The position numbers were made by a program, and so were the translations under genes. A DNA stretch of 64,000 nucleotides, taken from the NCBI GenBank assembly GCA_043228905.1, contig JBHGNT010000009.1, positions 15,748,001-15,812,000 on the forward strand, written 5' to 3'. Every line of letters starts with the position of its first letter. Position 1 is the stretch's first letter. The notes under the pieces were generated by a model. The model worked only from the letters and a program-made list of their open reading frames with translations, was not told where the DNA came from and did no database searches. The stretch is from Azolla caroliniana (lineage: Eukaryota > Plantae > Polypodiophyta). Below are positions 37,014 to 49,444 of the stretch, in pieces.

Positions 37014-40000
37014 GTGAAGATCACCATTAGTTCTACAATAGTCGGGTCGACGCACCCGATCTTCCCTAGTGAGAATGTGAAGGCTTTCCCGTGCCTCCTG
37101 AGCATTCCCCGAAACCTGTCCTCCTCCTCCGATAGTAGAAAGCCACCCCCATCAATCTTGAGCTCCCATATCGTCTCATTAGTGAATCGGTGCCCTACAG
37201 CAGCCAAATTCCATAAACTTGGGTCTGTCGCGACCCCTTTCATCCACTCTCAGTTGTCCTCCAGTAAGGGAGCCACGACTGACCTCACCTTCTGGTCTAC
37301 AGTCTTGTACTTGGTATCAACTAGGGCCGTGCTATCTTACCCGACCATTTCCCCGAAGTCCACAATGACTTCATACATCTCCACGAAATTGACCAAGATC
37401 ACCCGATCTTCGCTCAAACCCTCTTCAGCCACCCTTACGATTTCTCCCAAGGTGTCGTAGAATGAGATCACCTCCACGGCACCATTAATCTCGTCATCGA
37501 AGCCAAGAGCACTGCACGCCCTCAAGCGCCCTTCGATTTGCCTCTTCTCTCGGCCACTGATGTTGGTTATGGTACAACCTCCGTTGTCATAGAACCAAAA
37601 TTTCCTACCTATGGTATAGGTGTGGGGTTCCTCCGGGGTGTCCGAACTATCGCAGCCCCATGCCTTGATAGCCCACTCTAAAAATCCTCTCGGGTATCGC
37701 CGCCAAGAGACTCGCAATTACACTCGTGGTTTGATCGCACCATCAGAAATTGGACGGAATGTCGTTTGGCCTAGCTCTTCACCTGCTCGTATGCCGATCC
37801 GTTGTCTAGCACCTTAGTCTCCATGCGGGCCACCGTGATGTAAGGTTCTCTGAGAATTACCAGATGCGAGGACATTTCCTGCAAGAAGAAACTTTGATCT
37901 AATTCAACATCCCCAATCTTCACCCGAACATTCGGGCACGCCCCGTGCAGCTCCTCTGTGGCGTGCCTAGCCGCGTGTATCGTCCACACGTGCTTGGTTT
38001 TGATCAGCCACTTCCACTTCTTGTAGAAATCCATGGACATCAAGTTGATTTCAGATCCATGGTCTATCAGGGCCATCACTGGTTCCTAGACATCCTCGAT
38101 CCAAACGGGGATCTCCGTAGTCGCTCTTGCCCAATGCAACCTCGGATAGTGGCTCTCCACCAACTCGTCTTCCACGGCCGTTTCCTCCAGGTGCATTGTC
38201 CTTACCTCCACGGGCTTCTCCAGCTCCAGCACCATTGCGAGCCTCTTATGCTTCACCAAGTCCACGATGGAATCGTGGAACTCCTTCTTAGCGATTCCTA
38301 GCATTTCTCTCAGAGACAACTCTACCCTATTGTCGAGGATTCTCTCTTCAAGGACTCTCTCTTCAAGGACTCTCTGCAAGTCTGTTGCCCTCTTTATTTC
38401 TGAGCCTAACCGGTAACCTGCCGACAGAACCGCCGACGTCATTTCTTTTCAGCGTGCTCCGCGTCTCGTACCGGTTGGAGGTTCCACCTCCTCCACCTTT
38501 TCCCACTCGCTTATCTACCACAAGAACTTCATAGTTCTTGCATGCCACCTGTAGGAAACCAGTGTTTTCTTCGACCAAATCGTACCATCCTATGACCTCC
38601 CGGACCCGCTTCTCTGCGTGGTCCGCTTCCTCCTTCCTCAACCGCACTCCAGAAAGGCCTTCTAGCACCAATGGCCAGAACCCAAAGTGCTTTGACTTCA
38701 AGCCGTCGACCCTGATACCAGCCGACACCGAATAATGGACGGCCTCGGCGTGTCGCGCCGCAACTTCTTCTATTAGCCTTTTCATTCCGCCCCGGCCGGT
38801 GTTGTAGTCTACTGGTTTCCAGGTCTCACACGCATGCACCCACCCATTCGAGAGGTACACCACCTTGTTTCTGAGCGTCTCGGTAAAGTCAGCGCACTCT
38901 CTACGAATGTGACCGACTGCATCGCACCACATGCACCAAAAACCAGCCGAAGGTCTCCGGTCCCATGAGTGTTCCCCGCTATCCCTTCGGGCCTGTGTGA
39001 TCTGGAGATCACACACCATCTGCATAAACTCCTCTAGCACCGCCCCCCCGGACGGGCCTTTGACCACATCAGTCGATGCCATCCCTGACTCGAGCCACCT
39101 TCAGGGTTCTTCCGCCCGCGCTTGACTTGGCTCCTCCTGTTTCTTCCCAGTCCCCAAGCCAGCCGTCGACGATGTGGGTCGCTCCATTCTCACCGCTTGT
39201 CAAAACGACTACAGACCCTCTTTACCACGGCCCAATCGGTGGTGAGCCCTTCATCCATGTCCAGAAGGAGACCCACCTTTTCCCTATCAAATGTGTCTAC
39301 CACCTTGATAAATAGTAGGACCCGGCTCGTATCGAGCACGGTTTGGTCCAAAGCCGAGAGTTGAGCAAACTGCTTTTCAAACTCCTGGAGGAGCACCAAC
39401 GTGTTCCTCCCCTTTTTGGGGCTCTCGACCCACTCCATGAACTCTTGTCTCGACAGCCGAAGCAAGTCATCGAAACCATACCTCTCGAGGATCCGTCCTT
39501 CAAAACTCCTCCCAGTTCCGGCAGCCTACCTAGACCTCGAGCAGCTCTGTGTGAATGCTCAGTGTCACCACCCGAGGAAATCCGGACCACCGTCTGTCCT
39601 CCAGGATGTCCCTCATTATCATCTCGGTCCAGTGCGCTGCGAGATAGCTCGTTGCGTTCTTCCCACCGAATCTTCCTATCATACCGACAATTGATTTGAT
39701 GGCCCTGTCTAGGGCATCCATGACATCACGTGTGCTCACTAGGCGGTCAACAGCTGCCGCCATAGCTTCAGCGAGCTCGTTTCCCCTCATCTTCAGACTC
39801 CTTTGCTGCCTTTTCACGTCGGGTTCACCAAATTAATCTCGCGATGATACGCGTATACGTGCAAAGCTATGCGGAACCGTGGGGGCCTCGGACCAAGGAG
39901 CGTAAGAAGAAGAAGAAGAAGAAGAAGGATAATATGATAGAAGATTATCAATCGAGGTCGTTTGGTTACAGAAAATACAGGATGCGACCGGCTCGGCCAG

Positions 40001-40528
40001 AATCGGTGTTTACACTAGCTAAACAACAAGAGGTGTCAATGAAACGATTAAATTATGAACAAGTTACAACCGGCACAATTGAGAGTTGAGCTAAGGCTCA
40101 ACAAATAGCGCACGCACACAAGCAACAAGACACAATGGTGAGCCTCTATCGGGAGCACACGGGCTTCCTGCACGAGCAAAACCGTCCGACTGAATCAAAG
40201 CAAATAGAGAATAAGAACAGAAAGAGAGTGGGTGCTCGATTCCCAGACCGACAACACTTCGTTCCCCAACTCAGTCCTCTCTCCCTCCTTTTATAGAACA
40301 AGGAGGGAGAGGGTTGTTACATCAGGCAATTAATCCCTCGCCGCCTCGGACAGGGATCTTCGACTTCTTCCCCCTTTAATATTGTTTTATTAATATACAC
40401 ATATGTTACGTTGACCTGGTTCTATGTTATTTACAAGTACATTACACAATCTTGTGTGCATCCGTGCATGCGACCATTCACACGTTTCTGGTTCCTTTTT
40501 CCCCTTGTAGCCGGAATTACCCACGACA
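37014..40528 (-). mobile_element. G0 5' part: 5' LTR 39837-40528, tRNA-Trp PBS 39813-39830, degraded gag-PR and start of pol
   Basis: Homologous to G1 gag/PR (CMWCDAVGHIRREC, ALIDHGSEINL); GGATTTT TAG at 37678-37687; many stops. Confidence 0.9.
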
Positions 40529-42328
40529 ACACACAAAGAGAAGGGGAAGAAGAAGATGTCAGAATATGCCACCTGTAGAGACAAGTTGGTTCAGAGTGAA
40601 TCCAACTCTGGACAAAGCAGAGATGAACCTTCGGAAGAGAAGTCTGAGTCAACCAAGAAGGCCAAGAAATCGGCAAATCAGGAACAGCATCGATCCACCC
40701 GCCAAAATAACCCCAAGAAGAGCTACAAGTATAATGAATATATGGCGCATCATTATGCATACATGGCGAAGGTGGCAGCCGAGCGTGAGCCGAAGAGCTA
40801 TGATGAAGCAGTTAAGGACCCGAACTGGAAGAAAGCCATGGAGGAAGAGATGCATGCCCTCACGGAGAATGAGACATGGGACTTCATGGATGTACCAAAA
40901 GGAGTGAAGCTGATTGGTTGTCAGTGGGTATACAAGGTTAAATACAACATTGATGGCTCCGTCAATAGGTACAATGCCTGGTTAGTGGCCAAAGGCTACA
41001 CACAGCAACACGACATCGACTACGATGAGATGTTCATGCCGGTCGCGAAGATGACGACCATCTGTGTCCTACTTGCGGTGGCAGCGGCGAAGGGGTGGCA
41101 TATACATCAAATGGATGTAAAGAACGCGTTCTTGCAAGGTGATCTTCAAGAACAAGTGTATATGGTTTAGCCCCACGGATTTCAGTCCAGAGTGAATACA
41201 TCGGCGGTGTGCCGATTGAAGAAGTCCCTCTATGCGAAGATCACGCAGAGCCTGCATCGGATGGGGTTTGCTCCATCGAAATTGGACTCTTCACTTTTCA
41301 TCCGGCAAGGTCAGAACAGGCTGGTGAGCATATTTCTCTATGTGGATGATCTTGTCATCGCTAGCACCGACCTGGATGAAATCGATCGCGTCAAATCCCA
41401 GCTTGCAGTATCATTCAAGATGAAGGATCTAGGAGACCTTCATTACTTCCCTTGGATCGAAGTGATCCGCCACCCCGAAGGCATACTGATCAACCAATAG
41501 CATTATGTGTTGAGTATGCTCTTCAAATTCGGTATGACGGAATGCAAATCCATCTCAACTCCTCTGGACCGGAATGTGAAGCTCCACCCCTACTCCGGAA
41601 CGGCATGCGACCCGGAAAGGTTCCGACAAATAGTCGGAAGTCCTATCTATTTGACCATCACCCAGCCAAACCTCAGTTATCCGGTCAGCCTGATCAGTTA
41701 ATTCATGGCGTGTCCAACTGTGGATCACCTTCTGTGCACGCACCAAATCCTAACATACGTCAACGGCACTAAGGAAAGGGGGTTGTTGTATCATACTAGT
41801 GTAGCCGGACAGCTTGTCGGCTACACGGATGCCAATTGGGCCGGAAATGCCGGCGATCACAGGTCTACATCCGAATATGCGTTTTCAGTAGGAAGCGTCA
41901 TGGTCGCCTGGAGCAGTAAGAAGCAGTCAACAATAGCACTGTCGAGCACCGAGTATCGAGGAGCAATTTTCGCGACATGCAAAGCCATATGGCTCAAGAG
42001 GCTCTTGAAGAATCTGCGAGTGGAGGTGTCTAATCCGACGACAATCTATTGTGACAACCTCAGCAACATCTAGTTGGCATAGAACCCTATCTTTAACACC
42101 CGTACCAAGCACATTGAGGTGCACTATCATTTTGTCTGAGAGCACGTTTAGACTATGAAGTGGAACTACTGCATGTCCCGACAGATCAACAGGTTGTCGA
42201 TATCTTCATCAAACCCTTGGGTTTACACAAGTTGCAACAATTTTCTAGTGCAATGGGTGTGTAGTACTTGGATATGAAAAACATGAGGCAGAGGAATGAG
42301 AAAGACGACCGACAAGCCGAGTAGGAAA

Positions 42329-45300
42329 TGTTGGGATTACGGTCCCTCCGTATGGGATGTCCGGAGATGAATGACGGCAAGCCCGGTTGCGGTTACGGAA
42401 CCGGAGGATGAAGAGTACCCGGCATGAAGCCGGATGAAGGGTACCCGGTTACGGATCCGGATGATGAAGACCCCGGCTACGGAGATCCGGATGCGGGGAC
42501 ATATTTGTGAATATGTTTGCCAAGGGCCCTTGAGCCTATATTTGTGAATAGCCCGAAAGTCATATGTGTATAAATATGACTTAGGGCAAACAGTTTAGTG
42601 ACTGTTACTCATTTTTCTGGTTTTCCACTTAGAGGGAGCTAAGTGAGCAGCCGAGAGAGAGAGAGAGAGAAAGAGACGAAGAGGTCGTTGCCTCTGTGTA
42701 TTACCGCCGCCTATGGCGAAGACAGTGAGCTCAAGGTTGTTGCCTTGTAGCCTCACCATTGTACATCTCTGTTTATAGTGATAGTTGGAGTTTGAGGACT
42801 CCCGTGGTTTTTCCCATTTAGGGTTTTCCACGTAAAACATCCTGTGTACTCTTCTCTCTATTGTCTTCGTGCATTTTGTATTTCCTGTTTTCTGTGAGTT
42901 GATCCTTTTCCTCGGTTGTGGCCGAGCACTGTGTTTGACAAAGTGGTATCAGAGCATCGGTAACACAGAAAATGGAAGGCGGCGGTGGTGGGCCTCCGGG
43001 CATGATGGTGTTGAACTCACAGAACTACGCCGACTGGAAGATAAAGATGGAAGACCTTCTCATCGTCCGAGACCTGTACGAACCGATCGACAATGCTGAG
43101 ATACCCAAGGGGGTAATAGAGTCGGAGTGGAAGCTCCTGAACCGGAAAGCCGTCGCGACGATCCGGCAATATGTCGATGTAAGTGTCCTGCAACATGTGG
43201 CGAAAGATACGAACGCCTATGAGATGTGGCAGAAGCTGTCCGGACTGTATGAGAGGAAGAATGCTCTGACCCGGACCTCCCTGATGAGGAAGATAGTGAA
43301 TCTTAAGTACCGGGACGGCGAGAGCATGGTCGAACACGTCAGCACGTTCATGGGATTCGTGAACCAGCTTGCGGCGATCAAGTTCCCGTTGGATGACGCA
43401 ATGCAAGCCATCATGCTGATGTGTACCCTTCCGGAGAGCCATCATCCTGTAAAGAAGAGAACTTGTATTTACTAACGGTAAAGACAAGTATTCTAAATGA
43501 AGAAGCGCGTCGGAGAGATAAAGAACCGGCCTCCGACTCGAAGGCGCTGCTTACCGAATCGGAACGGGGAAGACAACGGAACCGGAGTCCGCAAAACCGG
43601 GAGAAGTCGGGGACACGGTCGCAGTCGAGGGGAAGACCTACATGCTTCTACTGTGGGAAGCCGGGGCACTTCCAGAAGAACTGTCGGCATTTCCGGAAAG
43701 ACAACGGAACCGACGGTACCGATTCGAAGAAGTCACCGGAGCGAAACGGTGCATACCGGGGAGCCACGGACCGGAGAGGTCCAGATCGGCGAGGGCAGGA
43801 CCGGAAAGGAACGACGGCACTCGCGGCAAGTGAAGAAGAGATAATGCTCATTACCGAAGAGAGGGAGCTGAACCTTGCCGGTGAAGAGATGACCTGGGTG
43901 GTCGATTCCGGAGCGTCGTTCCCCCTGACCCCGGAGAAGAAATACTTCTCATCCTACACAGCCGGTGAGCACGGCTGTGTCCGGATGGGAAATGAAGGTA
44001 CATGCCGGATTGCCGGCATAGGAGACGTGTGGCTGATGACATCAACCGGATGCAAGATGCTGTTGAAGGATGTCCGACACGTTCCGGAGGTTCGATTGAA
44101 CCTGATTTCGGCCGGGAGGCTAGACGATGAAGGCTACACGGGTAGCATCCGGAACGGTGTCATGAAGTTCAGCAAAGGGAGCCTGATAGTGGCTCGGGCC
44201 CGGAAGGTCAACACACTGTACCTGATGAATTCCCGGCTATGTCCGGAGGAGCTGAACGTGGCAGCTGACACTGCCGGTGAGCTGTGGCACAAGAGACTGT
44301 GCCACATGAGTGAGAAGGGGATGAAGAGGCTTGCAGAAGACAACCTTATTCCAGTGAAGCATGTGCACCTGGAGAAGTGCACCGATTGCCTGGCCGGTAA
44401 GCAGAACCGAACCTCCTTCCACTCAAGGCCACCGACGAGACGTAGCGCACCATTGGAGTTGGTGCACACTGACGTGTGTCAAGTAGAAACGAAGTCACAT
44501 GGCGGAGCCCAGTACTTCGTGACATTCATTGATGACCACAGCCGGAAGCTGTGGACGGCACCGTTGAAGACAAAGGACCAAGTGTTGTCCGTCTTCAAAG
44601 AACTCCACGCGAGAGTGGAAAGAGAATCCGGCAAGAAGCTGAAAGCGATACGAGCGGATAACGGAGGGGAATACCGGGGGCAGTTCGAGGAGTACTGTCG
44701 CTCGAAGGGAATCCGGCTCGAGTTTACTGTGCCGAAGACGCCGGAACTGAACGGGTTGGCCGAGAGGATGAACCGGACCATAATGGAGAGGGTCCGGAGT
44801 ATGCTGGCGCATGCGAAATTACCCAAGGGGTTTTGGGCTGAGGCAATGTCAACGGCGACATACGTGATAAACAGATCACCCTCAGTACCTTTGGACGGAG
44901 ACACGCCACAGAGAGTGTGGACCGGTAGGGAAGTATCCTACCGGCATCTGAAGGTGTTCGGGTGTCTCGCATATGTGCATGTGGCAAAGGACCGGAGAGG
45001 AAAGCTAGATCCAAAGACCCGGCCATGCATATTCCTCGGTTACGGCGATGACGAGTTCGGCTACCGAGTATGGGACCCAGTCGACAAGACAATATTCAGG
45101 AGTCGTGATATCATCTTCATGGAGGACAAAACACTCGCCGACTGGGAGTCGGAGAAGAAGATGAAGAGCTCCAAGTCGACCGGTGAGGATCAACTCTACG
45201 AGGAGCAGTCCCGACCGGCAAGGGACCGGTTAGCACTCGAGGATCCGGCCGAAGACGATGAAGGAACAGAACCGGCCGAGGAAGATGAAACTGATACCGG

Positions 45301-47670
45301 AACCGGCCCCGATCCCGAAATGGATTCGGATGAAGAGGAAACGGAGGAGCCGGTTACCGAAGCTCCGGAACGGAGATATCCTCTAAGAGAGAGAAGGGCC
45401 CCCCGGAGATTTCCGGAACCAGAGCACGTGCTGCTAACCGACGAGGGGGAGCCGGAGAGTTTTGAAGAAGCAAAGCTTGACACCCATAGCCGTAGGTGGT
45501 TAAGTGCCATGCAGGAGGAGATGGATTCCCTGCATGAGAACCACACATATGAACTTGTGGAGCTGCCGAAAGGAAAGCGGGCACTACGAAACAAGTGGGT
45601 GTTCAAGCTGAAACCGGGAGATGCCGGAAACCCCCCGAGATACAAAGCCAGGATCGTGGTGAAGGGGTTCCAGCAGAAGAAGGGCGTCGACTTCGACGAG
45701 ATATTTGCCCCGGTAGTGAAGATGACCTCCATCCGGACGGTGCTGAGCATAGCGGCAAGCATGGACCTCGAGGTAGAACAGATGGACGTAAAGACGGCAT
45801 TCCTTCACGGTGACCTCGAAGAAGAGATCTACATGCAGCAACCGGAAGGATTCGAGAAGAAAGGGAAGGAGCACCTGGTATGCCGGTTGAAGAAGAGCCT
45901 TTACGGACTAAAGCAGGCTCCCCGGCAGTGGTATCGGAAGTTCGACTCCTTCATGACCGACGAAGGGTACCACAAAACGCAGTCCGATCACTGCGTGTTT
46001 GTGAAGAAGTCCGAAGGAGGAGACTTTCTAATACTCCTCCTGTACGTGGACGACATGTTGATCGTTGGACGGGACCAGGTCAAGATACGGATGCTGAAGA
46101 AAGCGCTTCACCGAACTTTCTCAATGAAGGACCTGGGTCCGGCGAGGCAAATACTAGGGATGCACATCATCCGGGACCGGAAGAAGAAGCAGTTGTGGCT
46201 GTCACAGGAGAAGTACGTGACAAAGGTGCTTCACCGGTTCAACATGTCGGAAGCAAGACCGGTCGGGTCAACCCTCCCGGCAAACTGCAAGTTATCCAGC
46301 AAGCAAAGCCCCAAGACAAAGGCTGAGAAGGAGGACATGATGAAAGTACCATATGCCTCTGCCATCGGAAGCTTGATGTACGCAATGGTGTGTACAAGAC
46401 CGGACATAGGATATGCAGTCGGAGTGGTGAGCCGGTACATGAGCAATCCCGGCAAAGAGCACTGGAACGCGGTCAAGTGGATACTCCGATACCTGAATGG
46501 CACGGCAAACGTGTGCCTCCGATTCGGCTCCGGTAAGCCCGAACTCGACGGCTTTACCGATTCGGATATGTCGGCTGATGCAGATACCAGCCGGTCCACA
46601 TCAGGGTATGTGATGACGTATGCAGGGGGAGCTGTTTCGTGGCAGTCGAGGCTGCAGAAGACGGTTGCGTTGTCAACCACGGAGGCGGAGTACATGGCGG
46701 CTGTTGAAGCCGGCAAGGAGATAATATGGATGAAGGACTTCATTAGAGAGCTCGGTATCCGGCAGGAGGAGTACCGACTCTACTGCGACAGTCAGAGTAC
46801 CATCCACCTTGCGAAGAACGCGGCCTATCACTCCCGGACGAAGCACATCCAGCGAAGATATCACTTGATCCGGGAAAGAATAGAAGACCAGGAGTTCGTG
46901 CTGACGAAGATCCACACGGACGAGAACGGGTCAGATATGCTGACCAAAGTGCTCACACCCGACAAGCTGGAAGCGTGCCGGAAGAGGGTCGGACTGGAAA
47001 GACATCCCATGCCGAAGTGAAGGGGGAGTTTGTTGGGATTACGGTCCCTCCGTATGGGATGTCCGGAGATGAATGACGGCAAGCCCGGTTGCGGTTACGG
47101 AACCGGAGGATGAAGAGTACCCGGCATGAAGCCGGATGAAGGGTACCCGGTTACGGATCCGGATGATGAAGACCCCGGCTACGGAGCCGGATGATGAAGA
47201 CCCCGGCTACGGAGATCCGGATGCGGGGACATATTTGTGAATATGTTTGCCAAGGGCCCTTGAGCCTATATTTGTGAATAGCCCGAAAGTCATATGTGTA
47301 TAAATATGACTTAGGGCAAACAGTTTAGTGACTGTTACTCATTTTTCTGGTTTTCCACTTAGAGGGAGCTAAGTGAGCAGCCGAGAGAGAGAGAGAGAGA
47401 AAGAGACGAAGAGGTCGTTGCCTCTGTGTATTACCGCCGCCTATGGCGAAGACAGTGAGCTCAAGGTTGTTGCCTTGTAGCCTCACCATTGTACATCTCT
47501 GTTTATAGTGATAGTTGGAGTTTGAGGACTCCCGTGGTTTTTCCCATTTAGGGTTTTCCACGTAAAACATCCTGTGTACTCTTCTCTCTATTGTCTTCGT
47601 GCATTTTGTATTTCCTGTTTTCTGTGAGTTGATCCTTTTCCTCGGTTGTGGCCGAGCACTGTGTTTGACA
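42329..47670 (+). mobile_element. C2: very young Tnt1/Tork-like Ty1/Copia element
   Basis: LTRs 42329-42940 and 47031-47670 appear identical except for a 28-bp tandem unit; TSD GGAAA/GGAAA; PBS TGGTATCAGAGC at 42944; PPT GAAGGGGGAG. Confidence 0.97.
42972..47020 (+). CDS. pol: C2 gag-pol polyprotein with one frameshift in gag near 43440
   Basis: ORF 42972-43475 (gag N-terminus) and ORF 43421-47020 (CFYCGKPGHFQKNC, VVDSGAS, integrase, YVDD, RH) are otherwise open. Confidence 0.9.
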
Positions 47671-49030
47671 GGAAATTGATTTCGACTTCGGCCTGACTGA
47701 AGAAGTTGGATTCCATGGGACGGTTGAAGAAGCCTAGACCGGATGCAGCAGGAGCCACCGGAACGGAGAGCTAAAGCCAAAGCAACCCGAAAAAGGGGGA
47801 GGTAAAGCCAAGAAGGGCAAGAAGACCAAGACACGAATGTGGGCTAATGTAGTGAAAGGTTTGGGAATCGATGATGAATTGGAGACAGCCAATTCGGATA
47901 AGAGTTGGAATGAATTGGATGCGCCTGATTCAGAAGATGTGGTTGATTCCGATGAGCCAGCTCAACTCAAGACCAAACAGACGATGAGGCAGTGGAAGTC
48001 AACACCGATACGGAGGGACCGACAGGTCGAGAAGCGTCGGAGTCGCAATAGCGAAGGAGCTGAGAAGGGCCTTATGAGCAGACAAGTTGACTGAGAAGGT
48101 CGAGGAGCGTGGAACCGGGCGGGTCGAGGGAATCAGGACTAGACCGGACAAGGAGCGTGAGCCAGGGAGGAGGACACCAGGAAGAGCCGGAGGGGAGGAC
48201 CGGCTACCGCAGACACTGACCTTGCGATCCGACCTCAAGTTGAGTTTGAGGGGGAGTGTTGAGCGAACAAGCTCAACTGGATCCGAGTCGGCCGAATAAG
48301 CCAAAGCCGGATCGAAGTCCAAAACAAAGAACCGGATCGGTGTTCGGAACCAGGAGCCAGATCAGATTTTAACTGGTAGGTCGTTAGAGGCCTACGAATC
48401 TAGCCTAGTACGTAGGCATATTTTTAGGAGTCAGTGTCAGTCGCTTGTATGAGCATTGAAGTACTTGTCAGTACTTCTGTCAATCCTTTTAAGGACTTGT
48501 ATAAAAGTGCTCACAAAGCACATTGTATGTAGGAAGTGTTATTATTTAAACCCTGCTCTCTTTGTCTCTCCCGCTCTCTGTCTCTGTGATTCAAGCTTCC
48601 ATTAAACCTTGTCTCCGTTTTCCATTGTTATCCGGATAAACCGATTATCAAAGCTTCCGCATATTAACTCTAACAAGTTCAAATCTTTTTGGAGCCATAC
48701 CATGCCATATCATGACACTATCCCCCCCTTCAAACGACGAGTGTTATGAGTCGTCTTTGATTGAGGACCTGGTTTGTCTGGATATTGACGATGGAAGTTT
48801 TCAAGATTGTCTGGACCAGGTTCCCAAGTACGCTCACTTGGACTATATCCTAGCCAATCGACTAAATAATAGAGCTTGTTGTGAACCATCTTGGAATCGA
48901 GGATGGCAGCAACCTCGTACTCAGGTCCATCTTCAAGTTTGATAGGGGGTGGAGGTGGTGTAATATGATATGGTATAGTGCTCTCCTGATAAGGTTCTAG
49001 AAGAGAACTATGAAATACCAGATGTATCCA

Positions 49031-49444
49031 TAGTTGCGGAGGTTGATCAAGGTGAAAAGTGACATCATTAATTTTTCCGTTAATAAGGAAACGGCCTAAC
49101 CGTCGATAATCCAGTTTGTCAAACGATCGAGTAGTCTTGATGTGTCATTGTAATAGCCATACTCAATCTCCAAGATCAAAAGAGGATGGAAGCCGATACC
49201 AATCCGCATAGTCCTTCTGTGTTTGTTAGGCGCGATGTAGTTGCGGAGGTTGATCAAGGCAAAAAGTGACATCATTAATTTTTCCGTTAATAAGGAAACG
49301 GCCTAACCGTCGATAATCCAGTTTGTCAAACGATCGAGTAGTCTTGATGTGTCGTTGTAATAGCCATACTCAATCTCCAAGATCAAAAGAGGATGGAAGC
49401 TGATACCGATCCACATAGTCCTTCTGTGTTTGCTAGGCGCGATG
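49031..49444. repeat. ~207-bp tandem duplication in the T0 integrase C-terminus
   Basis: TAGTTGCGGAGGTTGATCAAGG starts at 49031 and at 49238; the copies differ by a few substitutions. Confidence 0.9.

Larger units (their letters stand above)
40529..48675 (+). mobile_element. pol: C0 3' half: degraded Copia RT-RH (40556-42265), 3' extension and 3' LTR 48257-48675, interrupted by C2
   Basis: [22 protein letters not shown] with stops; PPT GAGGGGGAG then TGTTGAG..CTAACA. Confidence 0.85.

Noticed and set aside
40225-40250. B-box-like GCTCGATTCCC in the G0 LTR
   Set aside because: Lacks GTTC and has no A box about 43 nt upstream; G0, G1 and G3 LTRs appear not to carry the tRNA-like module.
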